DNA of 58,706 bases from an uncultured Oscillospiraceae bacterium (GCA_947625945.1 CANQQI010000001.1:1-58706), one strand, 5' to 3'. Shown: positions 18,344 to 27,435, numbered from the stretch's first letter. The notes: a model not told the origin generated them from the sequence alone. Made by a program: numbers and translations.

Positions 18344-18714
18344 ATAAAGACGTAATACTTATCGACAAGAATGTGCTTCTGCACGAACTGGAGGAAGTGG
18401 AGAGCAGCTCGATAGCCGCCGCGCGAATAATCCAGGCGCGAGAGCAATACACGGCAGAGTCTATTACATTTGCATCTTTATCGGTTGTGAGGGATGTAAT
18501 TAACGACGCTCCCGTCATTGATCCGGTGAAACATGGGCGGTGGATTTCAATAGGCGAAGGCTACCACTGGCGCTTTGAATGTTCAGAATGTCATTGGAAA
18601 GACGGTTATCCATTTGATGATAGGCATAGTTATTGCCCCTGCTGCGGGGCGAAAATGGACGAGCCGGAGGGACCTCTACCGGCGCAATTCCAGAGGAAGG
18701 ATGAGACAGCATGA
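18340..18714 (+). CDS. Phage protein with C-terminal Zn ribbon
   Basis: HGRWI..CSEC..YCPCCGAKMD. Confidence 0.8.
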   Translation: MNKDVILIDKNVLLHELEEVESSSIAAARIIQAREQYTAESITFASLSVVRDVINDAPVIDPVKHGRWISIGEGYHWRFECSECHWKDGYPFDDRHSYCPCCGAKMDEPEGPLPAQFQRKDETA

Positions 18715-18899
18715 AGAAGCGGGAGATGTACTGTAACCCGGATGTCTGCCCGAACTGTATCTACATCGGAGAGGGCGACAGTATCTGTGACGTGACGCAC
18801 GAGGTTGTCTTAGAAGATTGGGATCCGACCGAGAATTTCATGGGGCAAGGATGCCCCTACATCAAGAAACTCCACGAGAAGGACGGGCGAAAGAAATGA
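18711..18899 (+). CDS. Small Cys-rich hypothetical protein
   Basis: ATGA overlap; CNPDVCPNCIYIGEGDSIC. Confidence 0.65.
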   Translation: MKKREMYCNPDVCPNCIYIGEGDSICDVTHEVVLEDWDPTENFMGQGCPYIKKLHEKDGRKK

Positions 18900-18993
18900 A
18901 GCCAATCTATGAACCCAAGGGAGCGGCGAAGGAGTACGGAGACCCCGCCATTAACATCTGCACCGATTGCCAGGCTGAGGAAAAGGGGTATGT

Positions 18994-19224
18994 GTGATGG
19001 GCGATACCTATTCGGACCGCCGCAAGCTCAGCTGGTACGATATACCCTGCCCGGTATGTGGAGCAGAAGAAACCAACTCTTGGGACAAGCGGATCTCCCG
19101 CGCCCTCGGGTATAAGCACATCGTCTGCGAGGCATGTATCGCAAAGGAATACGATGTGACAGTTGACGAACTTCGCACCACTATGGAGGAACACTTCGGG
19201 CTGGTGCCCTGCCCTGGGATATGA
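18994..19224 (+). CDS. Small Zn-finger hypothetical protein
   Basis: CPVCG..CEAC. Confidence 0.6.
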   Translation: MMGDTYSDRRKLSWYDIPCPVCGAEETNSWDKRISRALGYKHIVCEACIAKEYDVTVDELRTTMEEHFGLVPCPGI

Positions 19225-20387
19225 TTAACGATCTGACAAGGCGGCTTCTGGCTGAGGGCTGGACGCGGGACCACCACCCAGATGCCGTATACTGGTCTGA
19301 TTTTGAGAACTTCGGCTTTAAGTGGGAAGAACAGCTCAAAATGCGCTGGACTACTGGGTGCGGCCTGTGCGTAGATCCGAGAGATGCTGCCATGAGCGAC
19401 ACGACCTACCAAGGTGTGTGGTATTGTACGGAGAACGGCAATCCTGCGATACGCTGTCCCTATGGCCGGCGGGACTGCCCGCACAACATCCCCGGCCTAA
19501 AATTCCCTTGGTGCGTCTGCCATGAAACGGATGCCCCGTATGACCCGGAGCGGAGCGTAGGGAAGGTAAAGCGGGAGCGAAATGCCTGCCGCATGAGCGT
19601 TATGGAGCTCACCGGCGGCCAATACTGCGCCTGCGTGGTGGACAGCAACGGCATGGATGGCGGCGTCCACTGCGTGAGATACAACGTTGATCAGTGCATC
19701 CAGGTCGGCTGTAAAAACACCGTATGCTCCATCACAAAAAAGCCGAGGGACTTGAGCAAGGTTAATGTCTACTATGACATCCGCCGCACCTGGATTACCA
19801 GAAAAGGGTTCCTGGAGGATACCAAAACCGCCATCGAGAAAGGCATCAAGGTATTCCCTCGTCCAGTAGCCAGAACCGACGCCGAGATATGGCTGGCCCG
19901 GAAAAAGGCAGAGTTCGACCCGTTTAGGGACAAGTACATCATAAACCCGCACATTACACCACTGGATAGGAAGCAATCTTACTTTAGCAAACACCACCGC
20001 CGGTGGCCCGAGTACGACTACTTCGAGTTCCGCTATGAGGTCGAAAACATCCGCATCGAGGCCCGAGAGACACGCGATCTGCTTCAGGACCTGCAAGATG
20101 TGGCCGAGGGTATCGAGGTAGTCCATGCCTCCGATGCACTCAAGGCGACTAAAGAGCAAGAGAAGGCACGAAAAATAGAAGCTGCCGAGCAGAAGGCCAA
20201 AAGAGCGGAAAAGAAACTGCTGGCCGTTGGGTGGGACACCCTGGACGATTTTGAGCGGAAACAGATATACAAAGCTCTCGGCGATGGCCGGGTACATGAG
20301 ATCCGGAAACGGATGGCTAAGCCGGTCCAGACGGAGGAGCAAATCAGCTTAAGCGAATTTCTGAAAGGAGATGAACCAGATGAATAA
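19221..20387 (+). CDS. Cys-rich hypothetical protein
   Basis: 388-aa ORF with many Cys clusters and a charged C-terminus. Confidence 0.75.
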   Translation: MINDLTRRLLAEGWTRDHHPDAVYWSDFENFGFKWEEQLKMRWTTGCGLCVDPRDAAMSDTTYQGVWYCTENGNPAIRCPYGRRDCPHNIPGLKFPWCVCHETDAPYDPERSVGKVKRERNACRMSVMELTGGQYCACVVDSNGMDGGVHCVRYNVDQCIQVGCKNTVCSITKKPRDLSKVNVYYDIRRTWITRKGFLEDTKTAIEKGIKVFPRPVARTDAEIWLARKKAEFDPFRDKYIINPHITPLDRKQSYFSKHHRRWPEYDYFEFRYEVENIRIEARETRDLLQDLQDVAEGIEVVHASDALKATKEQEKARKIEAAEQKAKRAEKKLLAVGWDTLDDFERKQIYKALGDGRVHEIRKRMAKPVQTEEQISLSEFLKGDEPDE

Positions 20388-20928
20388 ACTTTCCAAAATG
20401 GTCGGGGTGGATGCCTGCGCCGTCTGCGGGGACTGCAATTTTAAGTGCAAACACCTGGAGGCGGCACTGGCCCGCCTCACCGCCTATGAAGATACCGGCC
20501 TGACGCCGGATGAGATCACCGTCCTCCTTGCCCAGCAGGAGGCGGGTCAGAACAAGCCGCTGACCTATAACAATTTGCTTGGTATGGTTGGACATTCTGT
20601 TTATTGTGTAGAACACAAAGCATTTGTAAAAATCTGCAAAGACCATGTTGGTATGTATTTGGTGAATCAAGATGGAAAATGTTCGTCCTACCATGACAAT
20701 CTGACTTTTTATTTATGCCCGCCGGTGGCGGCGAAGAAGAACGAAAATGGCTGCAAATATTGCTGTGATGGTGATGTCATTGCCTTGGATTCGTGCAGTG
20801 CCGTAAGGATTGAGCGAGACGGTCAAAACTACATCATGGGAGGCTGTGATTGGGAGCATGAAATAAATTATTGCCCGATGTGCGGTAGGCAACTCCGCCA
20901 CCCGCCGAAGGCGGAAAGGAAAAGTTAG
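20371..20928 (+). CDS. Phage hypothetical protein (Zn ribbons)
   Basis: LTAYEDTGLTPDEI; INYCPMCGR. Confidence 0.75.
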   Translation: MNQMNKLSKMVGVDACAVCGDCNFKCKHLEAALARLTAYEDTGLTPDEITVLLAQQEAGQNKPLTYNNLLGMVGHSVYCVEHKAFVKICKDHVGMYLVNQDGKCSSYHDNLTFYLCPPVAAKKNENGCKYCCDGDVIALDSCSAVRIERDGQNYIMGGCDWEHEINYCPMCGRQLRHPPKAERKS

Positions 20929-21858
20929 ATGAACGACCAAGAAAGAACGCTACTGCGATTTGTTTGTGACGGTGACATACGCAAGGCGCAACAACAGGCA
21001 AAAATAATACTCGATGGCATAACAACGCAGAAAGACCAAAGTTTCAAAAATCATCAGCTTAAAAAGTTGGAAGCGAAAGGCCCGACGCTCATAGAGTTGC
21101 CATATAATTTGAGAGACTTACTGATAGCGGAGGATTGCACAGATTTTCCGGAAGCTCGTTTTATCCTTCGGAAGAACGAGGAAGCTGCTGTGAATAAGGT
21201 GCTGTCTCTGTATAGCGTGGCGGACAGGCTTTCAGAAATTGGCATAAGCTACCTACCGGCGCTTATGCTTTACGGTCCAAGCGGCTGCGGAAAAACCATG
21301 CTTGCGAGATACATAGCGCACAGAGCTAATCTTCCGTTTGTTTATGTTCGCTTCTCAAGCCTCGTTAATCAGTATCTTGGCGGTACGCAATCCAACATAG
21401 GCAGGGTTTTTGAATATGCGAGAACCGCACCGTGCGTTTTGTGCTTTGACGAGATTGATGCCGTTGGCATGGCAAGGGGGCAAGCGAACGATGTTGGAGA
21501 AATGAACCGCATTGTTATTGCGCTGATGCAGGAGATGGACATGCTGCATAACCATGTCATAATCGTCGGGACAACAAACCGATTTGACAGGCTTGACCCG
21601 GCATTGATACGGAGATTTCCAATCCGGCATGAGATTGATCCGTTAAGCATGGAGGATGCCTGCACAATGGCAACAAAATTCTTCCACTTTGCCAATGTGG
21701 GATATGGAGACGGTTGGATAGAAAAATGGTGCGAAGATAATTTGAGCGACCAAATTCCGGCATCAACAGTAGTTAAGCGTTGCACAGACGCGATTGTAAG
21801 TATGTTGGTTAAACAACGGACCGAGGTTACAATCAGATTTTTGGAGGGTACACTATGA
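20929..21858 (+). CDS. AAA+ ATPase
   Basis: GPSGCGKT, LCFDEID, TTNR..LDPALIRRF. Confidence 0.9.
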   Translation: MNDQERTLLRFVCDGDIRKAQQQAKIILDGITTQKDQSFKNHQLKKLEAKGPTLIELPYNLRDLLIAEDCTDFPEARFILRKNEEAAVNKVLSLYSVADRLSEIGISYLPALMLYGPSGCGKTMLARYIAHRANLPFVYVRFSSLVNQYLGGTQSNIGRVFEYARTAPCVLCFDEIDAVGMARGQANDVGEMNRIVIALMQEMDMLHNHVIIVGTTNRFDRLDPALIRRFPIRHEIDPLSMEDACTMATKFFHFANVGYGDGWIEKWCEDNLSDQIPASTVVKRCTDAIVSMLVKQRTEVTIRFLEGTL

Positions 21859-21998
21859 CCAGGAAACGATATGTGAAACTGCTCATGTCCATGAAAATCA
21901 GCCGAAACGACGCAAACATCTTGGTAAGGACGTTTCGCCCCGAATGGCCCTATTCAAAACGGTGGTGGTTGGCGGCATGGCTGCACCGTTTTAAGTGA
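21855..21998 (+). CDS. Small hypothetical protein (47 aa)
   Basis: SD GGAGG, ATGA overlap; MTRKRYVKLLMSMKISRNDAN. Confidence 0.55.
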   Translation: MTRKRYVKLLMSMKISRNDANILVRTFRPEWPYSKRWWLAAWLHRFK

Positions 21999-22022
21999 TA
22001 ATCTGAGGGCAAAAATCGTTCA

Positions 22023-22051
22023 TTGACTGGGCAATTAAGAAGTGATATACT
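22023..22051 (+). promoter_or_regulatory. Sigma-70/SigA-type promoter for the symporter operon and probably the late region
   Basis: TTGACT-17 nt-TATACT with a TG extended -10. Confidence 0.75.
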
Positions 22052-22078
22052 GCATGCTGTAAAATCTTAATCATATCG

Positions 22079-22195
22079 GAAGCCTCTGCGACCTATCGTT
22101 TGAAAGGACGTGGAGGCTTCAATATTTGGGAAGGAGGATATATCACGTCGCCCCTTTGTATTGCCGCCCCGCCAGCGGAAGTAATACAAAGGAGG
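22079..22195 (+). promoter_or_regulatory. Structured 5' leader with an SD-sequestering hairpin
   Basis: GAAGCCTC/GAGGCTTC stem (22079-22120); CCTTTGTATTGC (22153-64) pairs with GTAATACAAAGG (22181-92), covering part of AAAGGAGG. Confidence 0.6.
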
Positions 22196-22202
22196 TTTTC
22201 TG

Positions 22203-23597
22203 ATGTTAGGTATCATCGTGCTTATCGTCTATGCCGCCCTGATGATCGGGGCGACGGCGGTATTCACAAAGCGGACGCACGACGCCGAGAGTTTCCATGT
22301 GGCTGACCGCCGCATCGGGACCGGGGTAGCTGCCATGAGCATTGCCGCTACATGGATCTGGGCGCCCTCCCTCTTTGTGTCTGCGGAAAAGGCATACACC
22401 AGCGGAATACCAGGGATCTTCTGGTTCCTGGTTCCCAATGTGCTGTGCCTGCTGATTTTCATTCCGTTCGCCAAGCGGATGAGGGCCAAGTACCCGGAAG
22501 GAATCACCCTGTCTGGCTACATGGCCGAGGCATATCAGTCCCGGAAAGTGCAGGGCGCATATTCGTTCCAGCTCAGCGCCTTGTCTGTCCTCTCCACCTC
22601 CGTCCAGCTCCTGGCCGGGGGAAAATTGTTGCCTGCCATTACTGGGATGCCGTTCTGGGGAGTGACGATCATCCTTGCGGTGGTGGCGTACTCTTATTCG
22701 TGCCTGTCCGGCCTTAGAGCATCGGTTACAACTGATGTTGTGCAGCTTGCCATTATCCTGATAGGCTGTGCCATCCTCGTCCCATGGACGCTTACTCGGG
22801 CCGGGGGAATGGGTGCGATGGTGGCCGGTCTGGGCGGCGCCACCGGGGACTATACCTCCCTAGTATCCGAGGCGGGGCTGGCAGTGTTCCTCGGTTTCGG
22901 ACTTCCTACCGCTATCGGCCTGATCTCCGGCCCGTTCGGGGACCAGTGCTTCTGGCAACGGGTGTTCTCCATCCGGAAGGACCGACTTGGACGGTCGTTC
23001 TGCATCGGGGCGCTGCTGTTTGCCTTGGTGCCCCTGTCCATGAGCCTGCTGGGCTTTGCCGCGGCCGGTACCGGCTTTGCAGCGGCTGACCCGGGCATGG
23101 TTAATGTGGAGCTGATTGGCTCCCTGCTCCCGGACTGGGCAATGGCCCCGCTTCTGCTGATGGTGCTGTCCGGCCTGCTCTCCACGGTGGACAGCAACCT
23201 GTGCGCTGCGGCCTCTCTCACCACCGACTGGGAAATGACCGGCAAATTAGATTCCGTTAGAAAACTGCGGCTTTCCCGGTTCGTGATGGTTCTTATGCTC
23301 ATGGCGAGCATATTGATCGCCAACCTGCCCGGTCTGACGGTGACGCACCTGTTCCTGTTCTATGGCACCCTCCGGGCGTCTACCCTGCTTCCCACTGTGT
23401 TGACTCTCCTGGGCAGACGCTTAAGCGCCAACGGCATATTTGCCGGCATCGTTACCTCGTTGTGCGTCGGACTTCCTGTCTTTGCTATTGGGAATATCTT
23501 CAACCTGGCCGTGTATAAGACAGCTGGAAGCTTGCTGACTGTTCTTTCAAGCGGGGCCGTGGCTTTCCTGTTCTCCAGAAAGGAGGCGGCAGCATGA
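22203..23597 (+). CDS. Sodium:solute symporter family transporter (DUR3/PutP-like)
   Basis: Many TM segments; SIAATWIWAPSL, GLRASVTTDVVQ, DQCFWQR, LSTVDSNL. Confidence 0.88.
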   Translation: MLGIIVLIVYAALMIGATAVFTKRTHDAESFHVADRRIGTGVAAMSIAATWIWAPSLFVSAEKAYTSGIPGIFWFLVPNVLCLLIFIPFAKRMRAKYPEGITLSGYMAEAYQSRKVQGAYSFQLSALSVLSTSVQLLAGGKLLPAITGMPFWGVTIILAVVAYSYSCLSGLRASVTTDVVQLAIILIGCAILVPWTLTRAGGMGAMVAGLGGATGDYTSLVSEAGLAVFLGFGLPTAIGLISGPFGDQCFWQRVFSIRKDRLGRSFCIGALLFALVPLSMSLLGFAAAGTGFAAADPGMVNVELIGSLLPDWAMAPLLLMVLSGLLSTVDSNLCAAASLTTDWEMTGKLDSVRKLRLSRFVMVLMLMASILIANLPGLTVTHLFLFYGTLRASTLLPTVLTLLGRRLSANGIFAGIVTSLCVGLPVFAIGNIFNLAVYKTAGSLLTVLSSGAVAFLFSRKEAAA

Positions 23598-24376
23598 AAC
23601 TGGGCAGAAAGCAGAGCATCAAAAACGACGCTTGGATCGAGGTCATGGCCCACATCGAGGAGACGGTAAGCCGCAAGGACCTTGATGCCATGGTGGAGCG
23701 CACCGTGGCCGACATCCGGGAAAAGACAGCCGGCAAGACCGCCGCCTACGCTTGGAGCGCCGGTAAGGACAGCATCGCTCTCGGAAAGCTCTGTGAGCTG
23801 GCCGGGGTGACGGCCTGCATGATTGGCGTGTGCAACCTGGAATACCCTGCCTTTGCCGCCTGGATTGACGCCAACAAGCCGGAGGAATGCGAGGTTATCA
23901 ACACCGGCCAGGATATGGCCTGGCTGGCGAAGCACCCGGAAATGCTGTTCCCCCAGGACAGCAAAGCTGCCGCCCGCTGGTTCTCCATCGTCCAGCACCG
24001 TGCCCAGATGCAGCATTTCCGGGCGCACGGACTGGATCTCATCATCCTGGGGCGGCGCCGGGCGGACGGCAACTTCGTTGGCCGAAAGACCAACATCTAC
24101 ACCGACGGAAAGGGCGTTACCCGGTTCAGCCCCTTGGCCGACTGGCCCCATGAATACATCCTAGCCCTGATCCACTACTACAACCTGCCCCTGCCTCCTA
24201 TCTACAGCTGGCCCAACGGCTATCTGTGCGGCACCCACCCTTGGCCTGCACGGCAGTGGACCGGCAGTGAGGAGAACGGGTGGCGGGAGATCTTCGCCAT
24301 CGACAAGAGCATCGTCATAGCCGCCGCCGAGTATTTCCCCGGGGCGAGGGCATGTCTGGAGGTGGCGGGCGAATGA
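23594..24376 (+). CDS. PAPS-reductase-like PP-loop enzyme
   Basis: AWSAGKDS, LGRRRADG, SPLADW. Confidence 0.8.
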   Translation: MKLGRKQSIKNDAWIEVMAHIEETVSRKDLDAMVERTVADIREKTAGKTAAYAWSAGKDSIALGKLCELAGVTACMIGVCNLEYPAFAAWIDANKPEECEVINTGQDMAWLAKHPEMLFPQDSKAAARWFSIVQHRAQMQHFRAHGLDLIILGRRRADGNFVGRKTNIYTDGKGVTRFSPLADWPHEYILALIHYYNLPLPPIYSWPNGYLCGTHPWPARQWTGSEENGWREIFAIDKSIVIAAAEYFPGARACLEVAGE

Positions 24377-24993
24377 ACGTAAGGAAAATGCCCCTGTCCT
24401 CCCTGCAGAGGCCCGAGCGCAACGTGCGGATGCACACCGAGAAGCAGCTCCGGGAGTTTGAGCGCAGCGTCACCATGTTCGGCCAGATACGCCCTATTGT
24501 GGTGGATGAGAACCGGGTTATTCTGGCCGGGAACGGCCTCTATGAGACCTTGTTACGCATGGGCCGGGAGGAGGCCGACGTCCTCCTGATGGAGGGCCTG
24601 ACCGAGAACCAGAAGAAAAAGCTCATGCTGGCCGACAATAAGATCTTCGGTCTGGGTGTGGACAACCTGGATTCTTTCGATGCCTTTTTAGTTGAGCTGA
24701 AAGACGATCTAGACATCCCCGGTTTCGACGAGGACCTGCTGAGGAGCATGGTGGCCCAGGCAGGGGAAGTCACCGAGACGCTGAAGGAGTACGGTACACT
24801 TGACGAGAGCGAGATCGAGGATATTAAGGCCGCCAAAAAGCGCAAGGACCTTTACATGACCGAGGGTATGGAAGAGAACAGCGAGGAGCCGGAGGCACCG
24901 GCAGCGGGAGCCGCCCAGCAGACGGTCGAGCCCAAAGAGCCCGTCCGTCAGTATGTGGTCTGTCCCAACTGCGGCGAAAAGATATGGCTGTAA
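24373..24993 (+). CDS. ParB/Srx-like N-terminal domain protein with C-terminal CxxC
   Basis: RNVRMH..FGQIRPIVVD..ILAGNG..LADNK; CPNCG. Confidence 0.85.
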   Translation: MNVRKMPLSSLQRPERNVRMHTEKQLREFERSVTMFGQIRPIVVDENRVILAGNGLYETLLRMGREEADVLLMEGLTENQKKKLMLADNKIFGLGVDNLDSFDAFLVELKDDLDIPGFDEDLLRSMVAQAGEVTETLKEYGTLDESEIEDIKAAKKRKDLYMTEGMEENSEEPEAPAAGAAQQTVEPKEPVRQYVVCPNCGEKIWL

Positions 24994-26138
24994 GGCGGAT
25001 ACGGTCTGATATGGACGTGGTAACTGCGGCGACGGTGCGAGTCCGCAATGCGTTCAGCAACGGAATCCCGGTCTATATGTCGTTCAGTGGCGGCAAGGAC
25101 AGCCTGGCTCTCGCTCAGATTACCATGTCTCTCATCCAGAGGGGAGAAATTGATCCATCCCTTCTGACCGTCCAATTCGTGGACGAGGAGGCTATTTTCC
25201 CCTGCATCGAAAAGACCGTCATGGACTGGCGCCGACGATTCCTTTACGTTGGCGCCAAGTTTGAGTGGTATTGCGTGGAGGTCAAGCACTTCAACTGCTT
25301 CAACGAGCTGTCGGAGGATGAAACATTCATCTGCTGGGACAAGCGCAAACGGGACGTGTGGGTGCGTCAGCCGCCACCCTTTGCCATCACCAGCCACCCC
25401 ATGCTGAGGCCCCGAAAAGACAACTACCAGAGTTTCATGCCCAGGGTATGCATGGACGGCATTACTATGACCGGTGTACGGGCAGCGGAATCCATCCAGC
25501 GGCTCCAGTACATGGCTCGGATGAACGCCGGTGGCAAGGGGATGACCGGTCGCAAGCAGATCTTTCCCATCTACGATTGGACAACCAATGACGTATGGCT
25601 GTATCTCCGGAATGAAGGTGTGGAGATCCCACAAGTTTATTTGTATCTCTGGCAAGCTGGCGCTAATCGGAATCAACTGAGAGTATCACAGTTCTTTTCC
25701 GTAGACACAGCCCGCTCGCTGGTCCAGATGAACGAATATTACCCGGACCTCATGGAGCGCATCATCCGTCGTGAGCCAAACGCCTACCTTGCTACACTCT
25801 ACTGGGATAGCGAAATGTTCGGCCGGCGCACCCGAGCCCGGCGCCAGGCCGAGGGCGAGGCCGTCACCAAGGACTACAAGGCCATTCTTGCCGAGATGTT
25901 CTCCGATATGCCAAGGCACTTCAACACCCCCCATAAGCTTTATGTCGCCAAATCTTACCGTAGTTTGTTTATAAAGATCGGCCTGTTTGCAACTCCCAAA
26001 GACTACCAGATGATGTACGAAGCCCTTATGAAAGGCGACCCAAAGTTTCGATCCTACCGTGCATTATACCAGATCATATACAGTCGCTATATCGAGGATG
26101 CTAAGGCTAAGCAGAGGGAGGCGGAAACGCATGGCTGA
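24984..26138 (+). CDS. IbrA/YbdN-like PAPS-reductase-family PP-loop protein
   Basis: SFSGGKDS, FVDEEA, GVRAAES..R, PIYDWTTNDVW, LRVSQ. Confidence 0.85.
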   Translation: MAVRRIRSDMDVVTAATVRVRNAFSNGIPVYMSFSGGKDSLALAQITMSLIQRGEIDPSLLTVQFVDEEAIFPCIEKTVMDWRRRFLYVGAKFEWYCVEVKHFNCFNELSEDETFICWDKRKRDVWVRQPPPFAITSHPMLRPRKDNYQSFMPRVCMDGITMTGVRAAESIQRLQYMARMNAGGKGMTGRKQIFPIYDWTTNDVWLYLRNEGVEIPQVYLYLWQAGANRNQLRVSQFFSVDTARSLVQMNEYYPDLMERIIRREPNAYLATLYWDSEMFGRRTRARRQAEGEAVTKDYKAILAEMFSDMPRHFNTPHKLYVAKSYRSLFIKIGLFATPKDYQMMYEALMKGDPKFRSYRALYQIIYSRYIEDAKAKQREAETHG

Positions 26139-26655
26139 TGTGAAACTGACGGCCCCTCTGTCCACCCTGGAGTGGGTGGATCGTACCCTGCTCAAGCCCA
26201 ATGACTACAACCCCAACAAGGTAAGCCGGGAGAACCTGAAGCTCCTGACCCAGTCCATCCTTACCAACGGCTGGACGTTACCGATTGTTGTACGACCTGA
26301 TTATACCATTATCGACGGCTTCCACAGATGGACCGTCGCAGGAGAAGAACCGCTGCTGTCCATGTTAGATGGCAAGGTCCCTGTGGTGAAGGTATGCCAC
26401 GAAGACCCGAGCGAAGATGTTTATGGCACAGTCACCCACAATAGGGCCAGAGGTACGCACTTGCTAGAGCCGATGAAAGCGATTGTGAAGCGCTTAATGG
26501 CAGAAGGCAAGACGGTGCAGGAGATCGGGAAGCAGCTGGGGATGAGGCCGGAGGAGGTATTCAGGCTATCTGACTTCTCTCGAGAAGACTTCTTGGAAAT
26601 GATGGTCAAAGGAAAGACAACTTACAGCAAGGCGGAGATATATACCACCATCTAA
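26131..26655 (+). CDS. IbrB/YbdM-like ParB-family protein
   Basis: PNDYNPN, GWTLPIVV, IIDGFHR, THNRARGTH, C-terminal HTH. Confidence 0.85.
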   Translation: MADVKLTAPLSTLEWVDRTLLKPNDYNPNKVSRENLKLLTQSILTNGWTLPIVVRPDYTIIDGFHRWTVAGEEPLLSMLDGKVPVVKVCHEDPSEDVYGTVTHNRARGTHLLEPMKAIVKRLMAEGKTVQEIGKQLGMRPEEVFRLSDFSREDFLEMMVKGKTTYSKAEIYTTI

Positions 26656-26907
26656 GCCTATGAGATCGCCTATGCGTGAAGTCAATATGCAATAAGGCAA
26701 ACTGTCTGCATGACGCACAAAAAATGCGTTCAACGCCCAATGCGGTATGCAGCGCCAAATTACGAGCGAAGCCGGGTCCAAGCGTGCCAAAAAAGGTACT
26801 GTGAGGACCCGGCCCATCTCATGCGGGCTCTTCGACCCCAAAAAACATCTAGTTACGGAAAAAATTTTTTCAAGGAATTTACTTGAAACCAGCCGCAAAC
26901 AATACAT

Positions 26908-26974
26908 CCTTTCATTGCATAATTGGTAGCGCAGACCAGAAAGGTCGGTGCGGGTTCGAGCCCCGCTGAAAGGG
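26908..26974 (+). ncRNA. tRNA-like element with a shortened anticodon arm
   Basis: Acceptor CCTTTCA/TGAAAGG, D-loop AATTGGTA, T-arm GCGGG-TTCGAGC-CCCGC; anticodon arm only GACC-AGAAA-GGTC; no CCA. Confidence 0.6.
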
Positions 26975-27011
26975 AATGCTGGCAGACGTGCCACCCGTGA
27001 GAGCCGGGGAC

Positions 27012-27220
27012 AGTGTGCGGTGGCGGAATAAGACGCTAAAGTGATGCTTCTTTTAGGTTGGTTTGGGATAGCGTGGCGAAAGCCAGATTGGGTGCCCTGT
27101 AAAATGATCCTTGAGTAGGCCGGAATTCATTCTCCACCTGAATGGTGACAAGGCAGAGGGTAATCGTAAGAATAACCTAAAACTCCAACCGTGCAGAGTG
27201 AAATTCTCTGCCCGCACACT
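27012..27220 (+). ncRNA. tRNA-mimic RNA with a ~150-nt structured insert replacing the anticodon arm
   Basis: Terminal stem AGTGTGCGG/CCGCACACT, Leu-type D arm TGGCGGAATAAGACGC, T-like arm GCAGAG-TGAAATT-CTCTGC, internal stem TTTTAGGTTG/TAACCTAAAA. Confidence 0.6.
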
Positions 27221-27435
27221 TTATATGTCTCCGGTCGGCGCGGGAGCCGGGCGGGGGCACCATGTTTTTAGACCCTTATAGGTCAGATAGGGGGGCGCCT
27301 TGATGGCCAGGGGCGCATTCGGTGGTGTGGAGGTGGGAGAAATACCTGAGTCATAATGCAACAGCCAGGGGGGAGACAGGGCCCAAGGGAAAGCGGGTCC
27401 AATCGCCAATGTGGTAAACAGATGGTCTATAATAT

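Noticed and set aside
22203-26655. Canonical Dnd/Ssp phosphorothioate system or sulfate-assimilation cysH
   Set aside because: No DndA/IscS, DndD, DndE or SspB/C genes; the proteins lack the CysH C-terminal ECG(L/I)H motif
27012-27220. tmRNA or a group I intron-containing tRNA
   Set aside because: No Ala identity pair, CCA or tag-like ORF; the insert is short and lacks recognisable group I core segments
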